From positions 992,001-1,056,000 of the forward strand of contig OX337240.1 in NCBI GenBank assembly GCA_946965045.2: 64,000 bases of DNA, in the 5' to 3' direction. Below, piece after piece: positions 11,017 to 23,855 of the stretch; the first letter of the stretch is position 1, and each line of letters opens with the position of its first letter. The translations under genes were made by a program, and so were the position numbers. Source of the DNA: Epithemia pelagica (taxonomy: Eukaryota; Protista; Bacillariophyta). The notes beneath the pieces are model-generated. The model made no database searches. It was given only the letters and a program-made list of their open reading frames with translations, and was not told the origin of the DNA.

Positions 11017-11245
11017 GAACGAAAATGGACCTTTTGTTGCCTCGCGTATTGTTGGTGGAGTCTTCTATCAGCATGACCACGATCTGCCAATGGACTAGCA
11101 AGAGATTTACAAATGGGAGGACGCCGACGAAGTGCTACTCCTCATTCGTCAGTTCAACTAGTGCTAATGCTTCTTCATTCCTCAGTTCGACTCATCATAG
11201 TGCTTCTTCATTATTTTACTAATTGCTTATTGTTACATTCCATAC

Positions 11246-14071
11246 TCATTCATCTATATCATCGTTTTGTTGCAACATATCCAATAGTTCTGACGTTGTT
11301 TGTGACTGTGCTTGACTTTGGTTTGCTGGTTGTGCTGTTGGGAGTCCGACCTCCCAGTCATCATCTACAGGCCCTTCAAGTTCCTCCAAACAGAACGAAT
11401 TGCTATCATTGGACAGTCCATACTCCAGTGTTCCTCCGTTCTTCTTGATCCATTTGTCAAACACATCGATCTCTTCCTGTGGCCGTTGGAGGTAGGCTGC
11501 CTTTATCTCACTTTCTGTTGTACCGAAAAGAAAAACCATGCGTCGTTGTAACCAGCGAGCCAATGCCTACATTCTACTCTTTTCCCCAGTTCCCCTGTTC
11601 CCCGCACTACCACGTTGTGTCCTGCTAAAATAGAAACGTTTGAATAAACTATTGAATGCTGGTTCAAGGTGTTAGCTTAGTAGCACAATCTGCTCTCAGC
11701 TTCATTGCAATGACTTACCTTCCAATCCCTGTTGACTATGCAACCATAGATTGCACCATTTCAAAAGATACTCCATACAATGACCACTTCCCAACATGTG
11801 GGCATAGTTAGTGATTCCCTCTGAGCCATACAATGCTACCCAGTCCCTGTAGAAGTAGTCCACGTCTCCTCGCTGGAAGGCAAAGATCTCAGCGTCCGAC
11901 AGGTCATTTTGTGCGTTGACTTTCTTCATGGCCTCTCTGAAATATTGAATGGAACTCTTGAATAGAGCTTTCTTTTGCTCGTCGACTAAGCAACAATCAA
12001 TCAATAACTCGAATTTGGGAAGCAACTTGCGTATTCTTACATTGTCCATGGTGATCTCGCCGACTTTGTTACTTGGCGTCTCGTATGGCAACTTCCATTG
12101 CGTCGGCAGAACTTGAGAACCAAGTATTTCCAGATTCATAAGACTCTGGATCTTGTCGGTGAACGCGGCAACTCGGTCATCTATGGTTGTTGTATCGGGC
12201 GGCATCCATGGTAATTCGATTCCATCCTTCGGATTCACAGCGTTATTCAGTCCGGTCTTCAGAACCATGCTAAGAAATTTTATGCCCATCCTGTTCTCCA
12301 TGTGGAGGAGACATGGAATGGCATCCATCATGAGAACAATAGCAATCCTTTTTCTCAAAGCCTTCACATTGTCAAGGCATTCCAAGGCCTTCTTGTATGC
12401 CCATTCACTCACTTTCTGACATTTCAGGCGCTTCTGAAGTTCTTCCAAGGTTCCAGTCATACGAAGTCGGCGGATCCTGAGATCGTTTGAAACGGATCTG
12501 GCGTATTGCTGTCTCTGTTCTGCACTGGCCTGCTCCAAGTAGAAGTGAATGGAGTACAGTTGTGTTCTCTGCATTTCAGTTCCATTCGAGTTTGGATCCT
12601 CTGCCATTGACAATTCAGAATGCTCCTTCAACGCCTCAAGATCCTTTGCAATAGCGGGAAGCGAACTCTTTTGAAATTCTTCGACTTCTTGTTCCATGGA
12701 CTCTATGTGTTCTTCTGTCAGCATTTTCACATGCCTGCATATTGACGTGGGATCTTGATCATGATCCAGTTCTAGACAAGTGGAACACTTTGATGGTTTC
12801 GTGCCAGATGGTTCATGGAGTTGACCACTGTGGATGGCGCATTTTGAACAAGGGAACTTGTGTTGTTTTGCAGCTCCACCTCTGCCGCTCAACTCCCAAT
12901 CGCATTTCATATCGCAGTTCGTACAAAGAGTGGGCTTCTTGATTCTATGCTCCTTGGATACGACATCGACGGCCTCCTTTATTTCTTCCAGAGTTCTGGC
13001 AAACACACCCAAGACGTTGGTCGTTGTTTCTGGCATTGCAACGCACCCAACAGGGAAGACCGATTGTTGTGATTGTGTGTAGGGGTTGGACGGGTCATTA
13101 AACTTGATCCCCACGAGAGTATGGGAAAGATTTTTGGTGAACAGAGCACCACCAAGGCTTTGGGCGATCCGGATAGACTTGACCACGGTCTCAGTCCCCA
13201 TTACATGACCAGCCTTTAGCAGACATACTAGAACATTGGCAGCTCGGAAAGCAAAGCCCTCTGTTCCATTCTTTGAGTTAGTCTTTAGAATGTAGGGACA
13301 AAAAACCCGACCAAATGTCTCGACCATTGTAGCGTATGCCTTCATGCAACCTGAAGAGGCAAGCAACGTCTTGACCCGTGGAACTCCGTCTGTTTCAACA
13401 GTTCGGAGGAGTTCGATTCCTTCATAGTTCAAGACTCCGCCACACAAATCCATTTGTTTCAGAATCCGGTGCGGAGTAAACACATTCTCCCGAATGTAAT
13501 CTCCTCGGAACACAGAATAAGAACACTGCTTGATTTGGCCCTCATGAACAGTGTCGTCCAAGCATAATTTGGCGATTTGTGAGTAGAAATACTTCAATGA
13601 GCGACTATTGGTGGCACGAATGTTCTTTGTGGCATCTTCAATCATGTTGCAAATGTGTTGTACAAGGGTATCTGCCTGTTCGTTGGTTGTTACGGTGTTG
13701 GGGAGACGTCGGCTTTTACAGGACGTACAGTTTCTTTCCAGTTCTATGATTGTTTTCTTTGCTGTACGCAACTTATCGGCTTCGTTACGAAGCTGTTTGG
13801 TCATAGAGTCGTTCTTTTCTTGAGATATTTGCAAACACTCTCTCAAACGGAGTACTTCTTGTTGTAGCGTCGTCACCTCTGATGTTCCTGGTGCATCGGT
13901 ATCAGGGATAGTGCTGTGAAGTTCAGTAGTAGTTGGGGACTCTGTACTGAATGCATTCTGTACGACTTCCACAGCAACGGATGACTCTTCGTTTATTGAA
14001 GATTGATTGTCTACAATATTGACAGAGTTCGTTTGTTCTTCGGTATCGGAACTGTACTGGTTCTGGAGCAT
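11246..14071 (-). pseudogene. RAG1/Transib-like DDE recombinase/transposase, with one 60-bp intron (11659-11718) and an in-frame TAG at 11567-11569
   Basis: Colinear RAG1-core motifs: SL[G]GA (D600 site), DMKCDWELSG (D708), FPCSKC, CLLHMENR, ITNYAHMLGSGH and, after splicing, SQQGLEAFNSLFK (E962). The intron has GTAAGT, CTAAC and CAG signals. The frame is open upstream of the ATG to about 14281. Confidence 0.75.
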
Positions 14072-15660
14072 CTCAATGGCTTCCGTCGATGGCTCTGGTT
14101 GGGTGGCTTGATCTTCGTTCTCTTCTTCGTCATCTTCTTCTATGTCCGAGAGGCAGGCACTGGGACCAATCGTATTTGGTTGGAATCGGCTTGAAGTGAA
14201 CGTATTAACGACGTTCTTCTTTTGGTCTGCTTCGTCTTGTTCTTCTTCTGTCGAGGATTTGACTGGGTATTCTCGTCGTCGTCAGAAATTCTATGAGTTG
14301 GTTTAACTAAGTTAGTACAATGCCATGCCGAACATTTGTATGGACCCTTCGCACGTTTCCTATTTACTTTCAATTCAGGGCTGGACCGTTCGCCGTTGTC
14401 GGTGTTCACACATTGACTACAGGACAGGAAATCTTCGTGTTCAAATACCTTCATTCGATTGAGACCGAAGACAGAACAAGGATAGTTGTCTTCGCTCTTA
14501 AAGTCTTGAATGATCTTGTGAATGCGGCGCTGTTCCAGAACAGAGTTCTCGATGGTTCCTTCGTCTTCAAGTCGTTGACTGCGAGTTCGTTTTTCGGAGG
14601 AGCAGCAGATAAGGGTGGTGGAGGAGCACTACTTCTCTTCTTGCTGGCTCGACTTGGCTGTTGTTTTCGAATGACTCTGGAAGGCTTAGGACGACTGATG
14701 GAAGTCTTCTTGTTCTTCTGGACTGAGGGAGATGGAGGGGATTGACTAGCAGATTCGTTCTCATTGTTGGGGCAATGGTTGGAATCGGTACGCAGGGAGG
14801 GAGGTAAGAAAAGATCATTTGGAAGGCAACATGAACAGGGATCCTGGGAGTTTTGGTCGGGATGGGAACGGGTAGATGGTCTTGACATCGGTCTTTGTGT
14901 TTGTCTTTAACTAAAAGGAAGTGTTGGAATGGTCGTCTCCTTCGACATGAGAAAGGGAGGTGCACTGATGATGTTGGTTTTTGGAAATTTGGTCGAGACT
15001 AATGTGCGATTGATGTAGAAATATTGTACATACATTAATGGTAGTGTTGGTACGCCGGCTGAACTTATTCGGCCATCTCATTTTTTGGATGGCATCATCC
15101 GACAAAAAAGGGGCTGTTGTTGGATGAGGCGTTTTTGAGAACCTTTCGGATATCTGAGAGCGAGACCAAGGGCGGGGAATGTTACTTGGATGACTGTCGG
15201 ATGATTTCCGACCGTTGGTCTCGCTCTCAGGGGTCTGATAGATCCGTTGAAAGGGCTCCAAGTTAGGGGCTAGCCTAAATCTCTGTAAATTCGGCAAAGG
15301 ATAGTTTTTCATTTAACAAAAGGGTTTCTCACTGTTTGTGCTATAGTAAATCCGCAAATTTATGAGAGCGTCTCGGCAGGGCCGGCGATGACCGTTTACA
15401 CCGGTAGCTCGTATTGACGGCAAAGAACAGGCGCGTCCGCCATTGCCAGGGTGTGCGCAGTAGCAGACCACACCCCTCACTAGTCCGGTCTGGCTCCGTT
15501 GCAAGTCAGATACTCGTATTCAACGAGACTAGGTCCTTGGGCAAATCATATGGACCAATCTACTTAGTCCGATCCAGATATTTCCCGACCTTCCCAGGCC
15601 ATTGTGCCCTTAGCTCTTATTCTTCTTTCCTCTCAGCTCAGAGTCTTGGGTCTGATAAAC

Positions 15661-15763
15661 CGTCGTGTCATTGTCTCAAAAACATAAAGAGTGACTATTA
15701 GGCACCTCCAACTTAGAGGAGCTATCTATCGCTAAAATCGCTCTTAAACGCGACCCTTTCTCG
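15661..15763 (-). repeat. 5' LTR of element 2 (103 bp)
   Basis: Matches 6697-6800 and is followed on the minus strand by the PBS and a leader homologous to that of element 1. Confidence 0.88.
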
Positions 15764-15916
15764 TTTCCTCCACCACGATAACAACACGACAATACTATTC
15801 TGAGATCAGGCAAAAGTGAAAGCCCTAGTTACTCAGTGAGTTGTCATTGGTATTTGAAATTTCTGTAGACTCAGTACTGAGCGCTACGTAGCCGCTGGAG
15901 CACCTCTACGACCACC

Positions 15917-17800
15917 ATGGCCGACGACGGCGTAGAGGCCCGAGATTCTTCCACCAAAGACCAAGAGATGGATGAAGCAAGTTGCAACACAACTGATGTT
16001 GACAACAAGAAAGTCTACTACGAAGGCGAGGAGAAAGAATACGTTGTGAAGTTTATTTTTCGCCCCGACAAGAATGAAAACACCAAGGTAGCATCAACCC
16101 ATTTCTCAGTTCTTCAAGTTATCCGCCAAGTATATCCAGAAATAACTATTTTCAACAACCACGGGAGAAAAGTGAAAGATCTAAACACTCTCAAGAATTA
16201 CAACGATTATGCGAGGAATTACGAATTGCACTTCATGAAAGGCAATGACAAGAAACAACGAGATCCACTGTACCTCATCTTTCATCGCATTCATTCAAGA
16301 GTTCCGATCAGCCAGATACGACGCCACCATTCTGTCGAGCAAAGATTGAAAGAACACCACGGCAAAATGCTAGTTCATCACTGGAAAGAGGACGAGACAC
16401 GTACTTCGAATATCGGGTTTTTCGTTGGAATCGATCCTGCAAATACCATGGAAAGCGAAGTGACGGAAAGACTCATCAAAGAGATCTATAAAGAAACCAA
16501 ATGCCCAGAAAAGAAGATCCCGAAGTTCCAAATCCATTTCTCCTCGCCATTTACATATACCCTTCGCAAGCGCCACCGATCAACAAAGGCATATGGCCTC
16601 CAATGCCGACAAGAAGATGCCAAAGAGATTTTACGGCTTCTAAATGAAACTTTCAAGAAGGATCCCAAATTCATGTTTCACCGTTTTAAACACGAAAGCG
16701 ACGAAAGCAGAACCTACTATTTGGAATCAATTTATGCCCAGAACGACTTTCTCTCTGATCACAAAGTGATTCCGATAGAGGGTGTGAATGAGGACATTAT
16801 GTTCTATCTCGAAGGAAAAATCTTTGAAATCGAAGGAGTTACAGAAATTTCGCGCCATAAGAAACTTGAGGAAAAAGGTCGTTGGAACATTCATACCACA
16901 GAGGCCTACTTTGACTCCGTTGCCAACAAGTTGGAAGACTTCATAGCGGATTGGGTACGAGAGATCATTAGCACGGAGAACAGGAGCCCGGGCAATCTAC
17001 CACAACCAGCACGAGTCGCATACAAGCATAAACGCCGAATCGCCGAAGACGACGATACAAATGAAGTATCTTATGAGACATATTTGTCCTCATGCGCTTC
17101 CTTATATGCAAAAGAGAATATGTTAGACGATGATGACGAAGCAAACGATGCTCGAGGAAAGCCGCCTACTGGATCATCCGCAGCAACTCAAGCCTGGATC
17201 AGCCCTACAAACGTGAAGACTGTCCTCAACGTTCCAAAAGTTGTGGAAACCAGACGATCCTCCACAACACCAAGCCAATTGACTACAAACGACGATCGTG
17301 ATAAGCGAGTGATGGCCGAAAACGCTCGCCTGGAAAAAGAAAATGCTGACCTCAGAGAACAACTGCGACGTGCGAAAGGACAAGAAACTAGCGAACAACA
17401 GCAAGCTGACAGCTCCAACACCCAAGGACAACCCCCCACCAATATGAACAATACCCCTTCTATTCAGGAACGCGACAGGCAATATCCTCCTCGAGAATAT
17501 GCCCAACCCAGGTCTCAACATCCTCCTCAACCACAAGGACAGACTCCCATGTCTGATATTGAACGTATCATTTCTGCAGTAAATGCAGCAGCAGAAGCTC
17601 GGTTTCAAGCTCTAGAACAGCGCCTTATCCAGTCTTATCACCAGCAACAACCAACAACACCGTCCGCCGCCTCAACAGAAGGTTCTCAGGCCACGGAACA
17701 GACAAATGCCACTCACAGTCCAGTGGACGTGAGTATGACGCTACATCCATCCAACCTGGATGTTAGCGGATACGACAGTGTTACCGATGAGCATCAATAG
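15917..17800 (+). CDS. LINE ORF1 (627 aa) with C-terminal coiled coil and Q/P-rich tail
   Basis: Long intact ORF directly upstream of ORF2, overlapping it by 41 nt. Confidence 0.8.
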   Translation: MADDGVEARDSSTKDQEMDEASCNTTDVDNKKVYYEGEEKEYVVKFIFRPDKNENTKVASTHFSVLQVIRQVYPEITIFNNHGRKVKDLNTLKNYNDYARNYELHFMKGNDKKQRDPLYLIFHRIHSRVPISQIRRHHSVEQRLKEHHGKMLVHHWKEDETRTSNIGFFVGIDPANTMESEVTERLIKEIYKETKCPEKKIPKFQIHFSSPFTYTLRKRHRSTKAYGLQCRQEDAKEILRLLNETFKKDPKFMFHRFKHESDESRTYYLESIYAQNDFLSDHKVIPIEGVNEDIMFYLEGKIFEIEGVTEISRHKKLEEKGRWNIHTTEAYFDSVANKLEDFIADWVREIISTENRSPGNLPQPARVAYKHKRRIAEDDDTNEVSYETYLSSCASLYAKENMLDDDDEANDARGKPPTGSSAATQAWISPTNVKTVLNVPKVVETRRSSTTPSQLTTNDDRDKRVMAENARLEKENADLREQLRRAKGQETSEQQQADSSNTQGQPPTNMNNTPSIQERDRQYPPREYAQPRSQHPPQPQGQTPMSDIERIISAVNAAAEARFQALEQRLIQSYHQQQPTTPSAASTEGSQATEQTNATHSPVDVSMTLHPSNLDVSGYDSVTDEHQ

Positions 17801-20800
17801 AGGAAACAACACTTACTTAGCAACAAACAACAACTATCTGCAAGTACTGAATAGCTTAGAAAATTCACCAACGATACATCTACTCAATCAACCAGGAGCG
17901 ACTGATACCAATCAAGGAACCAGTCCTGAACAAGCAACCGATTCCACACAAGCAACCGATTCCATACAAGCAACCGAGTCCATACAAGCAACCGAGTCCA
18001 TACAAGCAACCGAGTCCATACAAGTAACCGATTCCATACAACCACATAATGACAGACACGCAATTAATGTCACAGAAAGAAGCAGCATCACGTCACGTGA
18101 GACAACAGCACAACAACCAGATACAGACCAAGCCAGTAGCACAAGCCAAAATCAACATAACGACTCACAAAACAGCAGCGACTCTACTAACCAAGAAGAC
18201 GAAGACAACGACAACCTCATAGTGGCAGAAAACTTAGCAACAAATCCTTTCATCGGGGATGAAATCAATGATAATGAAAAGGATGAAAATCATTTCAGAA
18301 TTTACTTTGCTAACGCAAATGGATTCACATTGAGTGAAAATGGTGGAGATTATGCCGAGTTCTTATTGGAGATGCAAAAACTTCAAGCGGATACCTGGGG
18401 AGTAGCGGAGACAAATATTGACTCAACAAAATCTGCGGTCAAGAACATCATACATGACACCACCAGAAAACACTTCGAATTCTCTAAAACAACAATCGGG
18501 AGCAGCAATATACCAGCGCGAAAACGGTACTACAAACCCGGCGGTACCCTTATGGGCTCACAGGGTAGTATCACAGCAAGAATTATTGATCAAGGCAGCG
18601 ACTCACTTGGCCGTTGGTCATTCCAACTGATGAATTGCAAGAACAACAAGAAACTCTTGGTGGTAGCAGCGTACCAAGTCTGTAAACAAGCAATCACCTA
18701 CACTGATAATGACGGAAACACAACAGTCCGATTGTATACAGCTTCCGCTCAACAATCAAGCATGCTGCTAGTCCAAGGAAGACGAGAATCACCGCGAGAA
18801 GCATTCATAATGGACCTAGGAGAATTCATTCAACGATATCAAGACCAACAGTGCGAGATCCTTTTGCTAGGAGATTTCAACGAGTCTATGTCAGACTCGG
18901 GTGAAGGAATGTCAGCACTCGGATTGCAATGCAATCTGGTAGACGTGATGCAACAACAAATAGGACATTCTGATTTCGGTACTCATGTTACAGGCAGCGA
19001 ACGAATTGATTTTATTCTGGCAAGCGAAAGAGTTGCAGACGCAGTTCGATATGCATGCTACGAGCCCTTTAAATTTCGAGGAAGCGGGGACCACAGATGC
19101 ATGATACTCGATCTAGATACGCTCGCACTTTTTGGAAACAGAACACAAGCCTTAGCACCAATGCCTTGCCGAGAATTCACCGCGAAGGACCCTATCGCTG
19201 TTCAACAATATATCGCCGCAAAGCACAGATATCTTCAAGAGCACAACTTTGGAACAAGACTAGAAAGAGCAAAAACTCACTGGACACCACAAGTTCAAGA
19301 GCAATTGGATGCCGATTTTCAACGAGCTGGGACTTTTGGAGCAAAGCAATGCACACGAAAGCCCAGAAATATAGCATTCTCGTCCAAGCTGGCAACGCTA
19401 CGTCGAAGAAAGAACATATTGCTCAAGACAATATCGTCTATCCGGCTAAAAAGGTCATTCGAAGAAGCAATTGCAAGATACAAAAATCAAGACGAAGAGT
19501 TTGAAATACCAACGACCCTGGCTGAATGCCAAGCGCTGTGTCGACAGATTCAACAACAGATTCGCCAATCAACTAAAGATGCTGTCTTCTATCGTCAGAA
19601 TGAACAACTGATCCAGTTACGGGATGCAGAGGCAAAAGGAAACAAGAAAAAGGCCAAACTCATCAAGAATCTCATGGCGGCAGAAAGAACCAAGAATATG
19701 TACAAGAAAATTCGCCAATGTCGAGGAGCGGAGAAAGCAGGAATCACTCGATTGGACGTACCAGCCGACCCTGACGACGTTAACTACAAATCCTGTGTTG
19801 ATTGGATCAGTATTGACACGCCAGAAGAAATAGAAAGTCGCCTCCTTCAACGCAACCAAACCCATTTTGGTCAAGCAGATGGTCTCTTTCCAACTCACCC
19901 ACCATTTTCTGAATGGATCGATTGGGGAGCGTCGACTCATGTAGCAGACCTGATTCTCGAAGGGCAATGGAACACAGAGGAACTCGATTCAGTCTCGCAA
20001 GATGCACTCCGCCACATGCAGACCCGAACAAACCTGGACGAAATCAAGGACACAATCACAATCAAAGAGTGGACCGAAAAGATTCGAACATGGCCCGAAA
20101 AGACATCGACCTCACCGTCTGGCTTTCACCTGTCTCATAGCAAGGCACTGGTCAATCCAATCTCCATTGAAGATGACGATGACGCAACTGCTCAACTGAA
20201 ACAACAACGACATCAACTTATCGAATGGCAAGTGGCAATGCTCAATCTAGCTATCAGCCATCGCTACAGCCTATCACGATGGAAACATATCGTCAACGTG
20301 ATGATATTGAAGGAACCAAACAATCATCGGATTCATCGTCTAAGAGTTATACACCTGTATGAACAGGATTATAACCTGATCCTAGCAGTGAAATGGAGAC
20401 AGATGATACGCAATGGTTCTAACAATCAACTTTTACATCCCCAACAGTTCGGTGGAGTTCCAGGAAAAGACGCTATCCTTCCAACCATGTTGGAAGAGTT
20501 CCAATATGAGATTAGCCGCGCGAGCAAACGGCCGCTAGTCCACCTCGATTACGATGCAACGGCGTGCTTCGACAGAATCGTGATGTCGTTTGGCAGCCTA
20601 GCATCTCGATCCTATGGCCAGCATCGATCAGTGGTCTTTATCAATGCTACAACTCTAGAGGATGCAAAATACTACCTCAAGACGCAACTTGGTGTATCAG
20701 AGAAGTTTTACAAACACTGCAAACTTTTCCCAATCTACGGTTCCGGACAGGGAGCAGGAAACTCTCCAGGAATATGGTGTGTAATCAGTTCGGTACTTTT

Positions 20801-23800
20801 TCATGCGTACGATGAAAAAGCTCATGGAGCGACATTTCGTTCTCCACAAGGAGAGATTGAGGCTCAAGTTTTTATGATAGGATTTGTGGATGACACCAGC
20901 GGGAGTATGAACGACTTCAACTTGCCCAAGCGTCAGTCACCGGAACATTACATCGTCAAGGCTACCAAGGATGCTCAAAGGTGGAATGATGTTCTACGAG
21001 TATCGGGTGGAGCTTTGGAAGATACCAAATGCTCCTATCACTTCCTCTACTTCGACTTTATAATTGATGGGCTACCGTACCTTTGCAATGGCCAGATTGG
21101 ACCTCGTATCAGCATACAGTTTAACAACAACAATTCACCGCATTCGCTAAAGCAACTCTCTGCTTATCAAAGCCATAAAACACTTGGCGTAATGAAATCA
21201 CCGGCTTCAACCGACCGAAGTCTCTTCCTTGCTCTAGCCAAGAAAAACAGTCAACATACCAGTGTCATGGCACGAAGCCCGTTTAATCGAACAGACGCCT
21301 GGGCGTATTATCATTCCGTCTACTTACCAAGCATTACCTACCCAATGCCATCATCATCCCTCTCTGACAAGCACTGTAAAGCACTCCAACGACAATTCAA
21401 GAAGGCCCTGTTACCAAAATGCGGTTATAACAGGTGCACTCCAAATGCAATCGTGTACGGGTCCCCAGATTTCGGAGGAATTGGTTTGCAATCCCTAGCT
21501 ACCGAACGAGGAATCTCACAAGTCTACATGTTCCTTGCGTGTTTGCGGTCCCAAGGATTGCCATCTGATCTTGCTCACATTACAGTGTCCTGGGGCCAGT
21601 GGCTAGCCGGTACCAGTGTATCTATTCTCGAAGATGTCAAAACTCCCCTCCCCCATCTAGCTCCCATGATGTGGCTTCCTTCTCTCCGATCCTTTTTAGC
21701 AACTGTTGACTGCAGAATTGAACTCGCACAAGATTTCATCATTCCTCTACAGCGGGAAAACGACTCGTTTCTAATGGACCACGCTTTACAATTTACCATG
21801 AAACCTTTGGATTTGCAACTATTGAACGCATGCAGATTGTATCTCGGTGTTACACTGGTTAGCGATATTACCACCTGCAACGGGCAATGCTTATCTTTAT
21901 CACCTACTCTTGGTCTGCATCTACAACATTCTACTCTACGAGGACTAACAGCCTACCAAGATTATCCGAGCACCAAAGCATGGAACTTATGGCGGAAATT
22001 TCTTTCAACCTTAACCACCGGCGATACTAACAGACGTCTCAATAACCCTTTGGGCAAATGGCTGAAAACTGGCTACTCAACGATACGGAAATGGAATTGT
22101 TATTTGTGCGAACAGTCATCTCGACTGTTTGTCCTCGATGGTGCTAACTACCGAATCTACCATGAAAACTTGTACCGCTGGTTCTCACCGACTGACCAAT
22201 TTACTCTCATTGTCCCAGCAGCTGCTGTCCCAGTTACGACAACACCTGCTCCGATCAACCAGAGGATTCTTCACAAGTATAGTCACCGTCTGGATCCTGT
22301 GCCACAGGAAGTCCCTAACACGTTTACTGCTCATGTGATGTCTTTGCCAAAGTGGGAACAAGATCTTCTTTCCGGATTTGTTCTCCGCTGCTCTCCTTCA
22401 ATTTTGTTCGAACAATTCACAAACGGACTTGTCTTGTGCAGCGATGGTTCCGCGGCTCTCTTTACCGGGAGCTTCGGTGCTGTATGTGTCTCCCATGAAA
22501 ACCAACGCCTGTTTGAATTGGCCGGCCCCGCCCCCGGATTCAGGACTTCATCGTTTCGGGAAGAAAGCTACGGCTATCTGTCCTTGCTACGTTCCATTTA
22601 TCACCTATGTCTTTTTCACAATCAGAATCTCCCCAACGATCTACACTTTTACACGGATTCATTGAGTATGATCGAAACCGTTAGACAACGTTTGGACTGG
22701 CAAGTTGAATACCCTTACTCAACAATGGGACCCGACTGGGATTTGCAGCAGTCGATAGTGTATACATTACGTCAGTTTCCCTCGATTCCTCCGCTCAGTC
22801 ATGTCAAGGCACATCAAGATCGATATCACCCGTATGAGACATTGCCTCTTGAAGCTCAATTGAACGTCCAAGCTGACCATTTAGCCGGTGAATACCGTTA
22901 CCCTACAACAATTTCTTCTCGGTTCAGCCCACTCATTACTGGCACTGTTGCTGCGTAGCATGGCCCGTCTGGGACCATTACATCCAACTACAGAAGCACT
23001 CTTCGCCGTCTTTCGAGCGATCCGGTTATTACAGAGTACCTGAAATCTAAACATCATTGGTCTTCTTCGGTCTTTGACTCGATTTGCTGGGACACACACG
23101 GTTCTGTGATGCGGGCAAACTTTCATCGCCGCCATTTTCTCACCAAATACGTCCACAACTGGCTACCAGTTGGCACTCTCAAACAACACTACGCCAACCA
23201 TTATACGTGCATGTGCCCAAACTGTTCGAACATACAAGAAAATCGCTCCCATTTCCTTCGCTGCCCGTCTAGACGAAACTGGACGGGTCCATTGTTCGAT
23301 GAGCTCAATGAATTTTGGACTGAGAATTCTTTCGATCCATGTCTCGTCACCATTCTTCGTGAAGCAATGCGCCTGTGGCTTGCTGACACTCCTATTGTGC
23401 TTCCGACTGTCCCTGCACCATATCAAGCCCTGATTATCCGCCAAACGCTTGTTGGATGGGATCAATTGTTCTTCGGTCGCTTTGTCAAAGACTGGATTAG
23501 TCTCCAAGACAAATTTGTCTCTGCTCATGAATTGAACCCTGTCAAGTTCTCTGGACATCGCTCTATTTGTGGCAGTATCAAAATTATATGGCAACACGTG
23601 CACAACCTCTGGACGCGCCGTAATCTGGACGTTCACGGTCGTAATGCTCCCACTCGTGAAGCTGCTTCTCTCGACCAAGCCCGTCGCGAAATTGTCGACT
23701 TGTATCTTCTGCGATCGTCTGTTCCTTCGGCAGATCGTACCTTCTTTTATGATTCCACTGCAACTCATTTTCTCCACGAAACCACCTCCACTCAATTACA

Positions 23801-23855
23801 TACCTGGCTCAACACATGGCGTCCCGTCATTCTTCATTATGCTGGACTAGCTTGA
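17760..23855 (+). pseudogene. LINE ORF2 (APE endonuclease, RT, RNase H, CCHC-like) with one premature TAG at 22956-22958
   Basis: APE ANANG, AETN, GDFNE, RIDFIL, GDH; RT RLRVIHLYE, DATACFD, GQG, FVDD; RH SDGS, YTDS, HVKAHQD, NVQAD. CPNC..HFLRC lies in ORF 23106-23855, which is the same frame past the stop. Confidence 0.92.
17931..18038 (+). repeat. 18-bp tandem repeat x6 encoding Q(A/V)T(D/E)S(I/T)
   Basis: CAAGCAACCGA(T/G)TCCA(C/T)A units read directly from the sequence. Confidence 0.95.

Larger units (their letters stand above)
6697..15763 (-). mobile_element. Degenerate copia element 2 (same lineage as element 1) with a 4.4-kb internal cargo
   Basis: LTRs 6697-6800 and 15661-15763 differ by 3 substitutions and 1 indel. 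PBS 15647-15660; PPT 6801-6810; pol and gag fragments align with element 1. No clean TSD. Confidence 0.88.

Noticed and set aside
11196-11202. CATAGTG, the reverse complement of the ProtoRAG-like heptamer CACTATG, near the RAG1-like gene
   Set aside because: Wrong orientation for a left terminus, with no partner TIR, nonamer or 5-bp TSD found at the other side.
14140-15312. Possible RAG2-like partner among small ORFs upstream of the RAG1-like gene
   Set aside because: No Kelch or PHD pattern is visible. The ORFs are short, low-complexity and co-oriented, so they are more likely broken 5' exons.
15794-15916. Possible self-cleaving ribozyme in the LINE 5' UTR (CTGAGA..GAAA)
   Set aside because: It lacks the CUGAUGA core and supporting stems, and no HDV-like pseudoknot is evident by eye.
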